Source: an uncultured Planctomycetia bacterium (lineage in GTDB: Bacteria > Omnitrophota > Gorgyraeia > Gorgyraeales > Gorgyraeaceae). Taken from it: DNA of 64,000 bases. The DNA is taken from assembly GCA_964415355.1 (NCBI GenBank), contig CAYPYS010000002.1, forward strand, positions 8,048 to 72,047, read 5' to 3'. The position numbers were made by a program, and so were the translations under genes. Shown in pieces: positions 10,132-20,052 of the stretch. Position 1 is the first letter of the stretch. Every line of letters begins with the position of its first letter. The notes under the pieces were generated by a model that was not told the origin of the DNA, made no database searches, and worked only from the letters and a program-made list of their open reading frames with translations.

Positions 10132-10252
10132 TTGAATTTCTCGTAGTCGTGTGATATAATTATAGCGAAGCCGATAAAGTTATAAAAATACGCCTGATAT
10201 AAGGCAAAGCCAGATCGCGCTATGCGATCAATCTTTATCGGCTTCTTTTTTT
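10132..10252 (+). promoter_or_regulatory. Sigma70 promoter plus structured attenuator-like leader
   Basis: TTGAAT-17-TATAAT; GAAGCCGATAAAG...CTTTATCGGCTTC stem with two internal hairpins and a T-run. Confidence 0.6.
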
Positions 10253-10265
10253 ATCTAGCGAGGAA

Positions 10266-12050
10266 ATGGTAAATTACTCTAAAAGAGAAGATATAGGAGT
10301 AATCGAGTTTAACGATACGGATTCCAAGGTCAATCTCCTTTCGCGTGCAAATCTGGATGCATTAACGCATATCATAGATCGAATCATTGAGCAGGAAAAT
10401 CCCTTAAAATCTTTGTTTTTCGTCAGCAAAAAAGAGGATATATTCATAGCCGGCGCTGACATAAAGGAATTAGCAGAAATCCGCACGAGAGAACAGGCGC
10501 TTGAGCTGTGCAGGAAAGGCCAGGAGCTGTTCAATAAAATAGAAGGCCTGGATTTTCCTACCTTTGCGGTCGTAAACGGCGCATGTATCGGAGGGGGATT
10601 AGAGCTGGCTCTTTCTTGCAGGTATATTTTTTCCACTAATAACAAAAAAGTAAGATTCGGGCTTCCAGAGATAAAACTGGGGATTGTTCCAGGTTTTGGA
10701 GGGATCCATCGCCTGATACACAGGGTAGGGCTGCGTAGCGCCAACTCTCTTATTTTTTCAGGTAAGCTTATTAACGTAAAGGAAGCCCTGGATTTAGATC
10801 TTATAAGTCGAATCATCCCTGAGCCGCAGCAATTTTGTTACAAAAAACTCAACTCTTCTATGTGGCGGCCCGTTCACCGCGAAGAACCTGATCGGAAACT
10901 GACAGACGAGATCGAGAAGCATGAAAGAGAGATTTTAGCAGATAAGATACTTCAGGAGCATGCCAAAAATTCTTTTTCCGCGTATTTACTCGCAAGTAAA
11001 TATAAAAATTACAAGTGGGCTGACAATGGAACTGACAGAGAGTGTTCTGTGAATAGATGCGCGATCGCAGGCGCTGGCGCTATGGGCAGAGGTATTGCCT
11101 ATCTAGTAAGCTCTGAGATGGGCATATCAGTTGATTTAAGGGAAATAGACAAGGCTGCCCTGAAGAAAGCCAGGCTGTATATAAAAAGGGTTTATGATGA
11201 CGCGGTAGAAAGGGGCTTGTTGCGCCCGGCCGAAGCCAGGGGCAGATTCAAATGTATAGCCTTTGGAAACGGTTGCCTCAAGGAAGCAGATATAGTCATT
11301 GAAACAGTGACAGAGGACATTGCAACAAAAAAGAGTCTTTTTGCTAAAACAGAACCTGAGCTGCGGAAAAACTGTATCATAGCCTCAAACACATCCTGTA
11401 TCTCTATAAATGAATTAGCAAAATCTCTTGAACGGCCTGAAAATTTTATTGGAGTACATTTTTTTAATCCAGCTTATAAGATGAAACTGGTAGAAGTTGT
11501 TCCTTCAGAGCTTACAGACAGGTCGGTGATAGAGAGGACGATGCTTTTCTTGCAGAGACTCAGGAAAATACCTGTGATCGTAAAGGATAGCCCTGGATTT
11601 CTTGTTAATAGAATGCTCTTGCCTTACCTTAACGAGGCCCTGTTTATGTTGCAGGAAGGACATTCGGCAGAAGATATAGATGCTGCGATGCTTTGGTTTG
11701 GCATGCCGGTCGGACCGTTACGGCTTTTAAACGATATAGGGATAGGGGTGGTTTATAGGGCGAGCAGGATACTGGAGGATGGATTCGGGTCCAGGCTGAG
11801 AATGTCGAAGATGTTAGAGGAATTATTCGATCAAGGCAAGTCCTTAAATGCAAAAAATATTACCCATGACCTGAGGAAGACGCCTTTTCTTAAAAGTAAA
11901 TTATATCAAGACATTGTCAGTAGATTGCTTTTCCCTGTACAGAGAGAAGCTAGGCTTTGCCTGGAAGAGAAGGTCGTGGAGACCAAGGAGATCGTAGACC
12001 TGGCGTTGTTGCTTGGCGTCGGATTTCCCGGTTCCAAAAGGATCTGGTAA
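10266..12050 (+). CDS. Fatty-acid oxidation multifunctional enzyme (enoyl-CoA hydratase / 3-hydroxyacyl-CoA dehydrogenase, FadJ/FadB-like)
   Basis: FIAGADI, GGGLELAL, GAGAMG, ASNTS, HFFNP, PGFLVNR. Confidence 0.88.
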   Translation: MVNYSKREDIGVIEFNDTDSKVNLLSRANLDALTHIIDRIIEQENPLKSLFFVSKKEDIFIAGADIKELAEIRTREQALELCRKGQELFNKIEGLDFPTFAVVNGACIGGGLELALSCRYIFSTNNKKVRFGLPEIKLGIVPGFGGIHRLIHRVGLRSANSLIFSGKLINVKEALDLDLISRIIPEPQQFCYKKLNSSMWRPVHREEPDRKLTDEIEKHEREILADKILQEHAKNSFSAYLLASKYKNYKWADNGTDRECSVNRCAIAGAGAMGRGIAYLVSSEMGISVDLREIDKAALKKARLYIKRVYDDAVERGLLRPAEARGRFKCIAFGNGCLKEADIVIETVTEDIATKKSLFAKTEPELRKNCIIASNTSCISINELAKSLERPENFIGVHFFNPAYKMKLVEVVPSELTDRSVIERTMLFLQRLRKIPVIVKDSPGFLVNRMLLPYLNEALFMLQEGHSAEDIDAAMLWFGMPVGPLRLLNDIGIGVVYRASRILEDGFGSRLRMSKMLEELFDQGKSLNAKNITHDLRKTPFLKSKLYQDIVSRLLFPVQREARLCLEEKVVETKEIVDLALLLGVGFPGSKRIW

Positions 12051-12084
12051 CTTTACACTTTAACGTTGTTGAAATGTAAAGTTA
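12048..12084 (-). repeat. 37-bp repeat copy 7 (TAA is a stop codon)
   Basis: Reverse-orientation consensus. Confidence 0.95.
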
Positions 12085-12095
12085 GGGATTGAGAT

Positions 12096-13634
12096 ATGCA
12101 TTCCAAAGTAATATCTATTTATAGTATTACGGAGAGGCAGAGCAAAAAAGAGTACGCTATCAATCTCGCAACAGCCCTGTCCATTGTTACCAAAGAAAAG
12201 GTCATGCTTATAGAGGCAGGCCAGCCTTCTGCAAGCATAAGGGAATCGCTCAAGATAGGTAACGGTATATTGAAAAACAGAGTACTACCTACTGACATAG
12301 GACTGGACATCTTAAGCTTAGAGCAGGTCAGATGGAATCAGCTGGGTCAATTTAAAAACAAATACAGATACATAGTTGTGGATGTTTATAGCGATCCTGC
12401 TGCGCTGGATTTTGGCGTATTTCATTTTTCTGATTCAGTTCATCTGTTTTTGGATTCCACCAAAGATGATCTCGAGGGCGGGTATAAGTTTTTTGAAGAA
12501 GTGCTCAATAGAGGGGAAAGAGATATAAATAGGGCGTTGAAGGTCATTGTAAACAGGCTGAATATATTTGATAAGCTTTCTGTCGAGGAGATGTCTTGGC
12601 TGGTCAGGAGGGACATATGGGGCGTAGTGCCTGAACCAGGCGCATTGGACGCGTCTGTAGATTTAAAGGGGAGACCTTTGGTTTTAAGATCCCATGTATC
12701 GGATTATTCTAAGTCAGTGCTAAGGCTGGCGAAGAGAGAGGCTGGGATGCTTTTGGGTCTGGCTCTTGGAAGCGGGGCTGCTTTTGGCCTTGCGCACATA
12801 GGTGTCTTGAATATCCTGGAAGAAAGAAATATCCCGGTGGATATTGTTTCCGGTTCTAGCATAGGCGCGCTTATTGCGAGTCTATGGGGGCTGGGATTTT
12901 CTCCTTCAGAGATGGAACTTATCGCGAGAAAACTTAAAAACAAGCTTAATATAATGAGGTTGATGGATTTTACAATACCTATATCTAGCATACTGGCCGG
13001 CAAGAGACTGAAGGTGTTTTTGATGAATATATTGGGAGAAAAAAGATTTGAAGATTTAAAAATACCTGTTAAGATAATGGTATACGACCTGGCCAACAGG
13101 GAAACACTTACGATAGAAAAAGGCAGACTGGTAGATGCTGTCTATGCCAGCATTGCGATACCAGGCATCTTTAAGCCGAAGGCGGACAGAGACAGATTGA
13201 TAGTTGACGGGGGAGTTTCGGATCCTGTGCCTGTCGACATATTATTAAAGCAAGGCGTTAAAAAAATAATAGCAGTAAATGTTTTGCCGGGCCCTAAGGA
13301 TATACACAAAAGGAATATGCTGTTAAAAAAGAGGGCAGCGAAAGAAACTGATGCGCTATGCCGGGCGCCGTTTTACATAAAATCGGCAGCCAATGTTCGA
13401 AAATTTTTTAGAAAAGTTTTTAACCCGAACATATTTGATATTATCATGACCAGCATGCAGTCGATAGAATACGTTCTTGCCGAGAATAGCTGCAAGAAGG
13501 CCAGCGTGGCGCTGCGCCCTGTATTAGCTGAAGCGACCTCTATAGATTTTCAATTAGTTAAGGATTTTATCAGGACAGGAGAGGGAGAGGCGTTGTCGCA
13601 TATCAAAGAGATAGAAGATCTGATCTCTAGATAA
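12096..13634 (+). CDS. Patatin-like phospholipase with a degenerate MinD/ParA-like N-terminal domain
   Basis: GSGAAFG, GSSIG, DGG motifs; N-terminus resembles a MinD fold lacking Walker A. Confidence 0.8.
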   Translation: MHSKVISIYSITERQSKKEYAINLATALSIVTKEKVMLIEAGQPSASIRESLKIGNGILKNRVLPTDIGLDILSLEQVRWNQLGQFKNKYRYIVVDVYSDPAALDFGVFHFSDSVHLFLDSTKDDLEGGYKFFEEVLNRGERDINRALKVIVNRLNIFDKLSVEEMSWLVRRDIWGVVPEPGALDASVDLKGRPLVLRSHVSDYSKSVLRLAKREAGMLLGLALGSGAAFGLAHIGVLNILEERNIPVDIVSGSSIGALIASLWGLGFSPSEMELIARKLKNKLNIMRLMDFTIPISSILAGKRLKVFLMNILGEKRFEDLKIPVKIMVYDLANRETLTIEKGRLVDAVYASIAIPGIFKPKADRDRLIVDGGVSDPVPVDILLKQGVKKIIAVNVLPGPKDIHKRNMLLKKRAAKETDALCRAPFYIKSAANVRKFFRKVFNPNIFDIIMTSMQSIEYVLAENSCKKASVALRPVLAEATSIDFQLVKDFIRTGEGEALSHIKEIEDLISR

Positions 13635-13645
13635 AAAGGATCCAG

Positions 13646-14803
13646 ATGGAAAAAAAGACAATAAAGACACTATTAATAGAATTTGGCCCGCAGAATATAA
13701 CGAAGATAGAAAATGTCTTTGCGGGACAAATAGACGTTTCCTACGAGATCTTGTTATTGCAGAAGGAGGAAAAAGTCCTTAATAAAGTCGATAGAGGGGA
13801 CTTTGACGTAATTCTTCTTTCGTGCGACATCCCGGGGTCTAATGGCATTGAAATGCTTTCTGATCTGCAATACAAAGAGCTTAAGGGCCCGGTTATTATG
13901 ATGGCCAATAAGGAGGATGAGGAGTTTTCTGCTCAGGCAATGCGGTTGGGCGCATATGATTTTGTAATACGCAATGAAGGCTTCGAAAAAGGGCTGCCTC
14001 TGGTCATACATAATGCCCTTATAGCCTTTCGGGCAGCAAAAGAAAGAGAGAGATTACAGAATGAAATAGCCGCGAAGAAATCAGAATTAGAGTCGGCGAA
14101 CAAGAGATTAAAGGAGCTGGATAACCTAAAGTCCAGTTTTGTTTCAAATGTGGCCCATGAGTTCAGGACCCCTTTGACTATTATAAAGGGCAATGTTGAC
14201 ATGGTCGTCAAGGGCCGCCTCGGAAATGTATCGCCTGAACAGAAAGACATGCTTGATGGCGCCGTAAATATCGCCAATAGATTATCCAGGCTTGTAAATG
14301 ATCTGCTGGATATATCAAAGATAGAATCCGGAAAACTACAATTAAAGAAAAAACCTGTAAATATAAATGAGATAATCGAGCAGAACATCAATATTTTTGA
14401 TAAGATATTAAAAGACAAAAAGCAGACCCTTAAAAAAGAGCTTGCCAGGAAATCCTTGGTCGTAAATGCCGACCTGGATAAAACAACACAGGTCTTTGTA
14501 AATCTTCTCAGTAATGCCATAAAATACAGTCCAGAAGGCGGGACTATAACAGTAAAAAGCCTGGATTTAGAAAAAGAGATAATGGTGGAAGTCTCGGATG
14601 CCGGCGAAGGAATATGCCTGGAAGATATAGATAAGATATTCGACAAGTTCACGCGCGTGACTGCCGAGAAAAAAGAAGGCACAGGCTTGGGCCTTCCTAT
14701 AGCAAAAGATATCGTAGAGCTTCATAAAGGGAGGATGTGGGTGAAGAGTGAAGCTGGCAAGGGAAGCCAGTTTTACTTTACCCTTCCAAAGTCAGGCGCT
14801 TAA
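13646..14803 (+). CDS. Hybrid receiver-histidine kinase
   Basis: Atypical REC domain; HEFRTPL, NLLSNAIKY, GTGLGL boxes. Confidence 0.92.
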   Translation: MEKKTIKTLLIEFGPQNITKIENVFAGQIDVSYEILLLQKEEKVLNKVDRGDFDVILLSCDIPGSNGIEMLSDLQYKELKGPVIMMANKEDEEFSAQAMRLGAYDFVIRNEGFEKGLPLVIHNALIAFRAAKERERLQNEIAAKKSELESANKRLKELDNLKSSFVSNVAHEFRTPLTIIKGNVDMVVKGRLGNVSPEQKDMLDGAVNIANRLSRLVNDLLDISKIESGKLQLKKKPVNINEIIEQNINIFDKILKDKKQTLKKELARKSLVVNADLDKTTQVFVNLLSNAIKYSPEGGTITVKSLDLEKEIMVEVSDAGEGICLEDIDKIFDKFTRVTAEKKEGTGLGLPIAKDIVELHKGRMWVKSEAGKGSQFYFTLPKSGA

Positions 14804-14814
14804 AGGAGAAGCAG

Positions 14815-14949
14815 ATGAAGAAAGCATTGCTTATGATTTTATTGTTAATTTTGATCCCTGCTGTAGCAACGGGTTGTGCCCGTACGAAGCGCATTGCCAA
14901 TGACATCGATTGGGTTGTCTTTGACGGCGAACCCAAGAAAGACAACTAA
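14815..14949 (+). CDS. Small lipoprotein (44 aa, not in the ORF track)
   Basis: RBS AAGGAG; MKKALLMILLLILIPAVATGC-ARTKRIANDIDWVVFDGEPKKDN*. Confidence 0.7.
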   Translation: MKKALLMILLLILIPAVATGCARTKRIANDIDWVVFDGEPKKDN

Positions 14950-14983
14950 CTTTACATTTCAACAACGTTAAAGTGTAAAGTTA
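14947..14983 (+). repeat. 37-bp repeat copy 8 (TAA is the stop of the small lipoprotein)
   Basis: Consensus sequence. Confidence 0.95.
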
Positions 14984-15025
14984 GGGATTTTATTCTTAAT
15001 TATAGAGAGACAGAGGAGGACTTGC

Positions 15026-15739
15026 ATGTTTATAGACATGATGAAAGAAGATATAAAATCTGCCAAAGAAAAAGATCCGGCAGTAAAAAACGCTCTGGAA
15101 ATAATATTATGCTATCCAGGGCTTCATGCCCTATGGTTTCATAGAATAGCCAAATTTTTCTATCTGAAAAGGTTTTATGTGATAGCAAGGATCATCTCTC
15201 ATGCATCAAGATTTCTTACGGGGATAGAGATACATCCTGGAGCAAAAATAGGCCGCCGTGTCTTTATAGACCATGGCATGGGCGTTGTCGTCGGTGAGAC
15301 CGCTGAGATAGGGGACAATGTGCTTCTTTATAAAGGGGTGGTTTTAGGCGGCACAAGCCTTGAGAAAGGAAAACGTCACCCGACAGTTGGGAAAAACGTT
15401 GTCATAGGTTCCAACTCGTGTATCCTCGGACCGGTTACGATAGGCGACAATGCAAAGATAGGGTCCGGTTCTGTTGTTATAAAAGACGTTCCTGCAGGCG
15501 CGACTGTGGTGGGCGTGCCCGGCAAGGTCGTTGAGAAAAAGACAATGGAAAAATTAACCCTGGATTTCGAGCATGGTAATTTACCTGATCCTATAGCAGA
15601 TGTTGTGCGCATCATGCTAAAGATGCAGCACGAATTAGAAGAGAGATTAAAGACTATAGAGAAAGATCATAACATAAAGACGAGGGGCATTTTTCACGAT
15701 TACGAAGAGAAGGCCACTGAGGAGTTGCCAGGTCAATAG
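15026..15739 (+). CDS. cysE: Serine O-acetyltransferase
   Basis: [28 protein letters not shown] hexapeptide fold. Confidence 0.95.
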   Translation: MFIDMMKEDIKSAKEKDPAVKNALEIILCYPGLHALWFHRIAKFFYLKRFYVIARIISHASRFLTGIEIHPGAKIGRRVFIDHGMGVVVGETAEIGDNVLLYKGVVLGGTSLEKGKRHPTVGKNVVIGSNSCILGPVTIGDNAKIGSGSVVIKDVPAGATVVGVPGKVVEKKTMEKLTLDFEHGNLPDPIADVVRIMLKMQHELEERLKTIEKDHNIKTRGIFHDYEEKATEELPGQ

Positions 15740-15843
15740 ATCGAGGAATTTGACAAAACTCCGACGGGGGTGCTATACTTATTTCGAATTTATACCTTGC
15801 GAAAAAAAGGGGTTTCGCGAGGTGAATGAAAAGGAGTAGAATC

Positions 15844-16044
15844 ATGAAAGGGAAGATCAAGTGGTTTGATAACAAAAAAGGTTATGGGTTTATTGTTCCT
15901 GAAAACGGCAAGGAAGTATTTGTCCATCACACAGCTATAAAGGCAGAAGGTTACAGGAGCCTTGCAGAGGGAGAAGAAGTGGAATTTGATATCGTTCAGG
16001 GCCCAAAGGGAGAGCAAGCAGCTAACGTAGTCAAGCTGTCGTAA
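15844..16044 (+). CDS. cspA: Cold-shock protein
   Basis: [17 protein letters not shown]. Confidence 0.93.
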   Translation: MKGKIKWFDNKKGYGFIVPENGKEVFVHHTAIKAEGYRSLAEGEEVEFDIVQGPKGEQAANVVKLS

Positions 16045-16104
16045 TCTATATAGTAATTTTTTATCCCCGCATCTTTTTATATAAGGTGCGGGGTATTTTT
16101 TGAT

Positions 16105-16392
16105 ATGTCTGATTTTATACGAGTATGGACAAAGATTGATATAAGCGATGTTATGGCCCATCTTCTTATAGTCGGTGAGTCCACGGGAGATTGTGCTAAG
16201 TGTCGGGAACTGGGTATAAATTATTCAGAAGCAACTACCTGCCCGAAATGCGGTACGCCTTTTAAATATATCACTTCCCGGACCAGAGAAGTAACAAGAA
16301 TAAAAAATAAAAGGCCTCATCTAGTATTTATTGATTTCGACGATTACAAAAAGGCAACAGGTAAGTTAAAAGCCAGGGGATTGTTCGGTTAG
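16105..16392 (+). CDS. Hypothetical Zn-ribbon protein
   Basis: CAKC...CPKC. Confidence 0.7.
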   Translation: MSDFIRVWTKIDISDVMAHLLIVGESTGDCAKCRELGINYSEATTCPKCGTPFKYITSRTREVTRIKNKRPHLVFIDFDDYKKATGKLKARGLFG

Positions 16393-17087
16393 CCTGTTAT
16401 GGGATATTTTATTACAGACCAGAGTACATTGAGCGAACAAAGAGGGTGGAATTTTTTCCCTTCCTTGAAAGTCCTCGCCTTATAAGGGACAGCTGTTTCT
16501 TTTATCTTAAAACCTCTCTTGGTAACTTTCGTAGTAAGCTCGGCGTCGGTTCCAAAGCCTTTGCAGGTAAGCTTCATGCCTTCCAGCGTCTTTTTTCTAA
16601 AAACTTTAAAGCATGTCATGGGGTCAGTGAGATGTATGCCGTTTAGAAGGTTCATCAGGAGCGTCCCGAAGCGATTGGCGAAAAAATATAACGTACTCAT
16701 GTTTTCCGGATGAGCTTTATATAAGAACCTGGACCCATATACGATGTCAGCATTTCCTTCGACAATCGGTTTTAAAAGCACAGGATAGAGAGATGGCCTG
16801 TATTCCAGATCTGCGTCCTGGATTATTATTATGTCTCCGGTGGCGTGCGGTATGCCTGAGGTAAGCGCGGCGCCTTTACCTTGATTTTTTATATGGTGTA
16901 TGACTTTCATGTCTGGAATGACATTTAGAGCCTTTTCAACTGTTTTGTCAGTGGAACCGTCGTTTATGAGAATGATCTCTTTTTCCCGTATACCCATGTT
17001 CGAGAGGTCGAGAGATTTTATTTCTGACAGTATCTCTTGTATGAAAAGCTCTTCATTATACGCGGGAATCAAAATCGAAAGTTTCAT
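16389..17087 (-). CDS. Glycosyltransferase family 2 (Dol-P-Man synthase-like)
   Basis: IPAYNE, NDGSTD, QDADLEY, GSRF; start placed at MKLSILIP. Confidence 0.92.
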   Translation of the reverse strand: MKLSILIPAYNEELFIQEILSEIKSLDLSNMGIREKEIILINDGSTDKTVEKALNVIPDMKVIHHIKNQGKGAALTSGIPHATGDIIIIQDADLEYRPSLYPVLLKPIVEGNADIVYGSRFLYKAHPENMSTLYFFANRFGTLLMNLLNGIHLTDPMTCFKVFRKKTLEGMKLTCKGFGTDAELTTKVTKRGFKIKETAVPYKARTFKEGKKFHPLCSLNVLWSVIKYPITG

Positions 17088-17169
17088 AGCCTTTATTATA
17101 ACAGAGTATATTTTCTTTGCAACAATATGATTAGTAAAACTTATAAAGGCACTATGAATCATTCTCGGC

Positions 17170-17206
17170 TAACTTTACACTTTAACGTTGTTGAAATGTA
17201 AAGTTA
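17170..17206 (-). repeat. 37-bp repeat copy 9 (between divergent genes)
   Basis: Reverse-orientation consensus. Confidence 0.95.
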
Positions 17207-17247
17207 TTCTGGTTGACCGTGGATTTTTTTTAATCTATAATAATAAT

Positions 17248-18705
17248 ATGGCAACGAGAAAGGTATTGCTAGCCGAGCACGACAAAAACATCGTAGATAT
17301 ATTGACTTATTTGTTGAAGGCATGGGATTACGAGGTCGTCACTGCAACGGGTGGATTGTCAGTCCTTGGAACAGTAAGACGCGAGCAGCCGGACATAATC
17401 ATTGTTGATTTTAACTTGCCGGAAATAGACGGACTGCAGCTTTCCAAACTCCTAAAAGAAGATTTCCTTACTGCCCATATCCCCGTAATAATACTCATAG
17501 ACAAAAAGCAGATCAGAAAGAAGATGCTCGAGATAGAACAGGGCGTAGATGATTATATCGTAAATCCGCCTGATCCTATTGATCTGGAAGTGAGGATGGA
17601 AATGGCGTTGCGCAGGATAATGCACCAGCTCCACGCGAACGCATTGACGAGACTGCCTGGGAATCGCCAGATAGAAAAGATAATCCAGACGAAGCTTGAG
17701 GAGGGCAAGATTTTTTCAGTGGCATATTATGATATTGATAATTTTAAATCCTTCAATGACAAATATGGATACAGAAAAGGGGATAGCGTGATAAGGCATA
17801 CGGCCTATATCATATCAAATACCGTGAAGAAATATGGAAATAAAAATGATTTCGTAGGGCACATAGGCGGGGATGATTTTGTCGTTGTTACTACGCCTAA
17901 GCGGGAAAGATTGATAGCGTCAGAATCAATACTGGATTTCAACAGGTTGACCTCTTTTCATTATAACGCGAATGACAGGGAGAGGGGTTGCATTGTCGCT
18001 AAAGATCGCAAAGGGAAAGTGGTGGAGATGCCGCTCATGAGTATCTCCGTGGCCATAGCAAGCAACAACGAGTGCAAGATACAGAACATCGTGGAGCTCA
18101 TGGAAATAATAACAGAGATAAAGCGACATTTAAAGACGCTTCCGGGTAGCAATTTTTTAATAAATCGCAGGAAGGAAATAAAAAAGGAGTTTACTCCCGT
18201 AGAAGAGTCGTCTGGCAAGGCCCCTCGCAAAGAATATCGAGCGGAGCCGAAATTTAACTACAGACCTTTAGGCCAGATTCTTCTGGAATCCCAGATTTTA
18301 GATCGTAATCAACTTGAGATGGCTTTGGATAAACATTGGAGCACGGGCCAGAAGATAGGCCAAAGCATCATAGATCTTGGTTATGCTTCGTCAGGTGACA
18401 TTGTGAGGGCATTGGAATCACAGCTTAATATACCGCATTATGACATTAGATCTCTGGATAAAAATAATAAGTTAGAGGAGTGCGCAAAGAACATACCGGA
18501 AAGGCTTATCAAGGAGCGCAGAGTTATTCCTATTGACCAGGAAAAGGATGTGATAAGCGTTGTCATGCTAAATCCCAAGGATATTGAGGCCTTAAACGAA
18601 ATAAGAAGTTTTACTGGATGCAATGTTGCGCCGTTTTTTGTTCTTGAAGGTGAATTTGACGAGATATATAAGAGGGTAATGAAAAAAGCCGATAAAGGCC
18701 AGTAG
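17248..18705 (+). CDS. Receiver-GGDEF diguanylate cyclase with a C-terminal MshEN/GspE-N domain
   Basis: REC; DIDNFK, GGDDF; LGQILL..Q.L..AL and KIGQSII MshEN-like motif. Confidence 0.88.
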   Translation: MATRKVLLAEHDKNIVDILTYLLKAWDYEVVTATGGLSVLGTVRREQPDIIIVDFNLPEIDGLQLSKLLKEDFLTAHIPVIILIDKKQIRKKMLEIEQGVDDYIVNPPDPIDLEVRMEMALRRIMHQLHANALTRLPGNRQIEKIIQTKLEEGKIFSVAYYDIDNFKSFNDKYGYRKGDSVIRHTAYIISNTVKKYGNKNDFVGHIGGDDFVVVTTPKRERLIASESILDFNRLTSFHYNANDRERGCIVAKDRKGKVVEMPLMSISVAIASNNECKIQNIVELMEIITEIKRHLKTLPGSNFLINRRKEIKKEFTPVEESSGKAPRKEYRAEPKFNYRPLGQILLESQILDRNQLEMALDKHWSTGQKIGQSIIDLGYASSGDIVRALESQLNIPHYDIRSLDKNNKLEECAKNIPERLIKERRVIPIDQEKDVISVVMLNPKDIEALNEIRSFTGCNVAPFFVLEGEFDEIYKRVMKKADKGQ

Positions 18706-18860
18706 CGTCGGCTTTTCATCGCTCGGTAACCCAGCCACCTTATTACTTCTGATCGCCTAACTAACCCTTTGAAATATAATAGGTTACGGCTTATCACTAG
18801 TAACTTAGGTCTGTTGGCTTTGCGCCCCCTGATTTCTCTAGGGTTCGCCCTTATCGGCTA
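18682..18860 (-). ncRNA. Antisense-oriented c-di-GMP-I riboswitch with extended P3 and terminator
   Basis: Minus strand GGGCGAACCC..GAAA..GGGGCGCAAAGCC..GACCTAAG..TAAGGTGGCTGGGTTACCG; promoter TTGAAA-17-TAAACT at 18894-18866; terminator 18716-18682. Confidence 0.8.
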
Positions 18861-18914
18861 CTATAAGTTTATCATAGATTAGAGGTGTTTTCAAGCCATA
18901 CGAGGAGGAGATGA

Positions 18915-19976
18915 ATGGAGAGAAAAAGTTTTAGCATCTTGGTGTTTTTATTGTTTCTCGCGGTATCATTTTTTATTTTTGACAAAGGTTTTGCGTTTGC
19001 AGATGACTGGGATGAGGAAAATGATTACATGAACGGCGGACCCTTAAGAATAAGGAATCAGATGCCTTTGCACCTGATTTATTTGCAGATGGTCCCGGAT
19101 AAGGCGTCAGTCAGAGAGCGTAATAGATTTACTGCGAATGCAAATTATACAGTTTCAAATATTACAGTAAGCGCTTTTACGCCTATTTCATCGCTTTACG
19201 ATATAGATATAGACATGGAGGTTTCAACCGTGACCTTGGATTTCAGGTACGGGCTTTACGATAATCTTGAAATAGGGCTGGAGGTGCCGTATACAAGTTT
19301 TTCCAGCGGATATCTGGATGATTTTATAGAGAGCTTTGAGGATGGGATCGGGGCCAGGACGCCTCGGTCAAGGGAAAGACAGGGCTCGAACGAATTTGAT
19401 TATTCTTTTATATACAACTCCAGAAGCGTGATCTCCATTAAAAAATCCGTAGAAGGCATTGGCGATGTGGTGCTTAACGCGAAATATCAATTTCTGCGGG
19501 ATGAAGGTTGGTTATGGCCAAATTTCTCCTTAAGGTCAGCTGTTAAATTTCCAACAGCAGAAGAGGATGACATGCTGGGCAGCGGGAAATTTGATTATGG
19601 TTTTGGCATTTTGCTGGACAAGCGTCTTTTTAACAGGTTCTTTATATATGGAGGCGCTAATATCGTAGCCATAGAAAAACCCAAGGTTTTTGATGAGCTG
19701 GGCATAGGCGAACATATCTATTCGTATCTCCTGGCATTGGAATATTGTTTTACAAAAAGATTTTCTATATTGACTCAGGTCACAGGAAACACGACCCCTT
19801 ACCCGTATAGCGACACAAATCCATTAGATAATGACAGTCATGACTTTGGCATAGCGTTTAATTATACATGGAAGGAGAAGAGTGACGTATCCTGTCATTT
19901 TGGGATAACGGAGAATATAAGCGCTGCTTCAAGCCCGGATGTTAGTCTGCAGACCGGGTTGACATGGAAATTCTAA
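18915..19976 (+). CDS. Outer-membrane beta-barrel (DUF3187-like)
   Basis: Signal peptide, GPL.IRNQ.P, C-terminal F. Confidence 0.7.
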   Translation: MERKSFSILVFLLFLAVSFFIFDKGFAFADDWDEENDYMNGGPLRIRNQMPLHLIYLQMVPDKASVRERNRFTANANYTVSNITVSAFTPISSLYDIDIDMEVSTVTLDFRYGLYDNLEIGLEVPYTSFSSGYLDDFIESFEDGIGARTPRSRERQGSNEFDYSFIYNSRSVISIKKSVEGIGDVVLNAKYQFLRDEGWLWPNFSLRSAVKFPTAEEDDMLGSGKFDYGFGILLDKRLFNRFFIYGGANIVAIEKPKVFDELGIGEHIYSYLLALEYCFTKRFSILTQVTGNTTPYPYSDTNPLDNDSHDFGIAFNYTWKEKSDVSCHFGITENISAASSPDVSLQTGLTWKF

Positions 19977-20000
19977 AGTAAAAGTATTATAACAAGATTC

Positions 20001-20037
20001 TAACTTTACACTTTAACGTTGTTGAAATGTAAAGTTA
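20001..20037 (-). repeat. 37-bp repeat copy 10
   Basis: Reverse-orientation consensus. Confidence 0.95.
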
Positions 20038-20052
20038 ATCGCGGGAGGAGAT

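Noticed and set aside
18438-18797. Minus-strand 119-aa ORF as the target of the antisense riboswitch
   Set aside because: Starts inside the aptamer, has no RBS, and shadows the GGDEF gene
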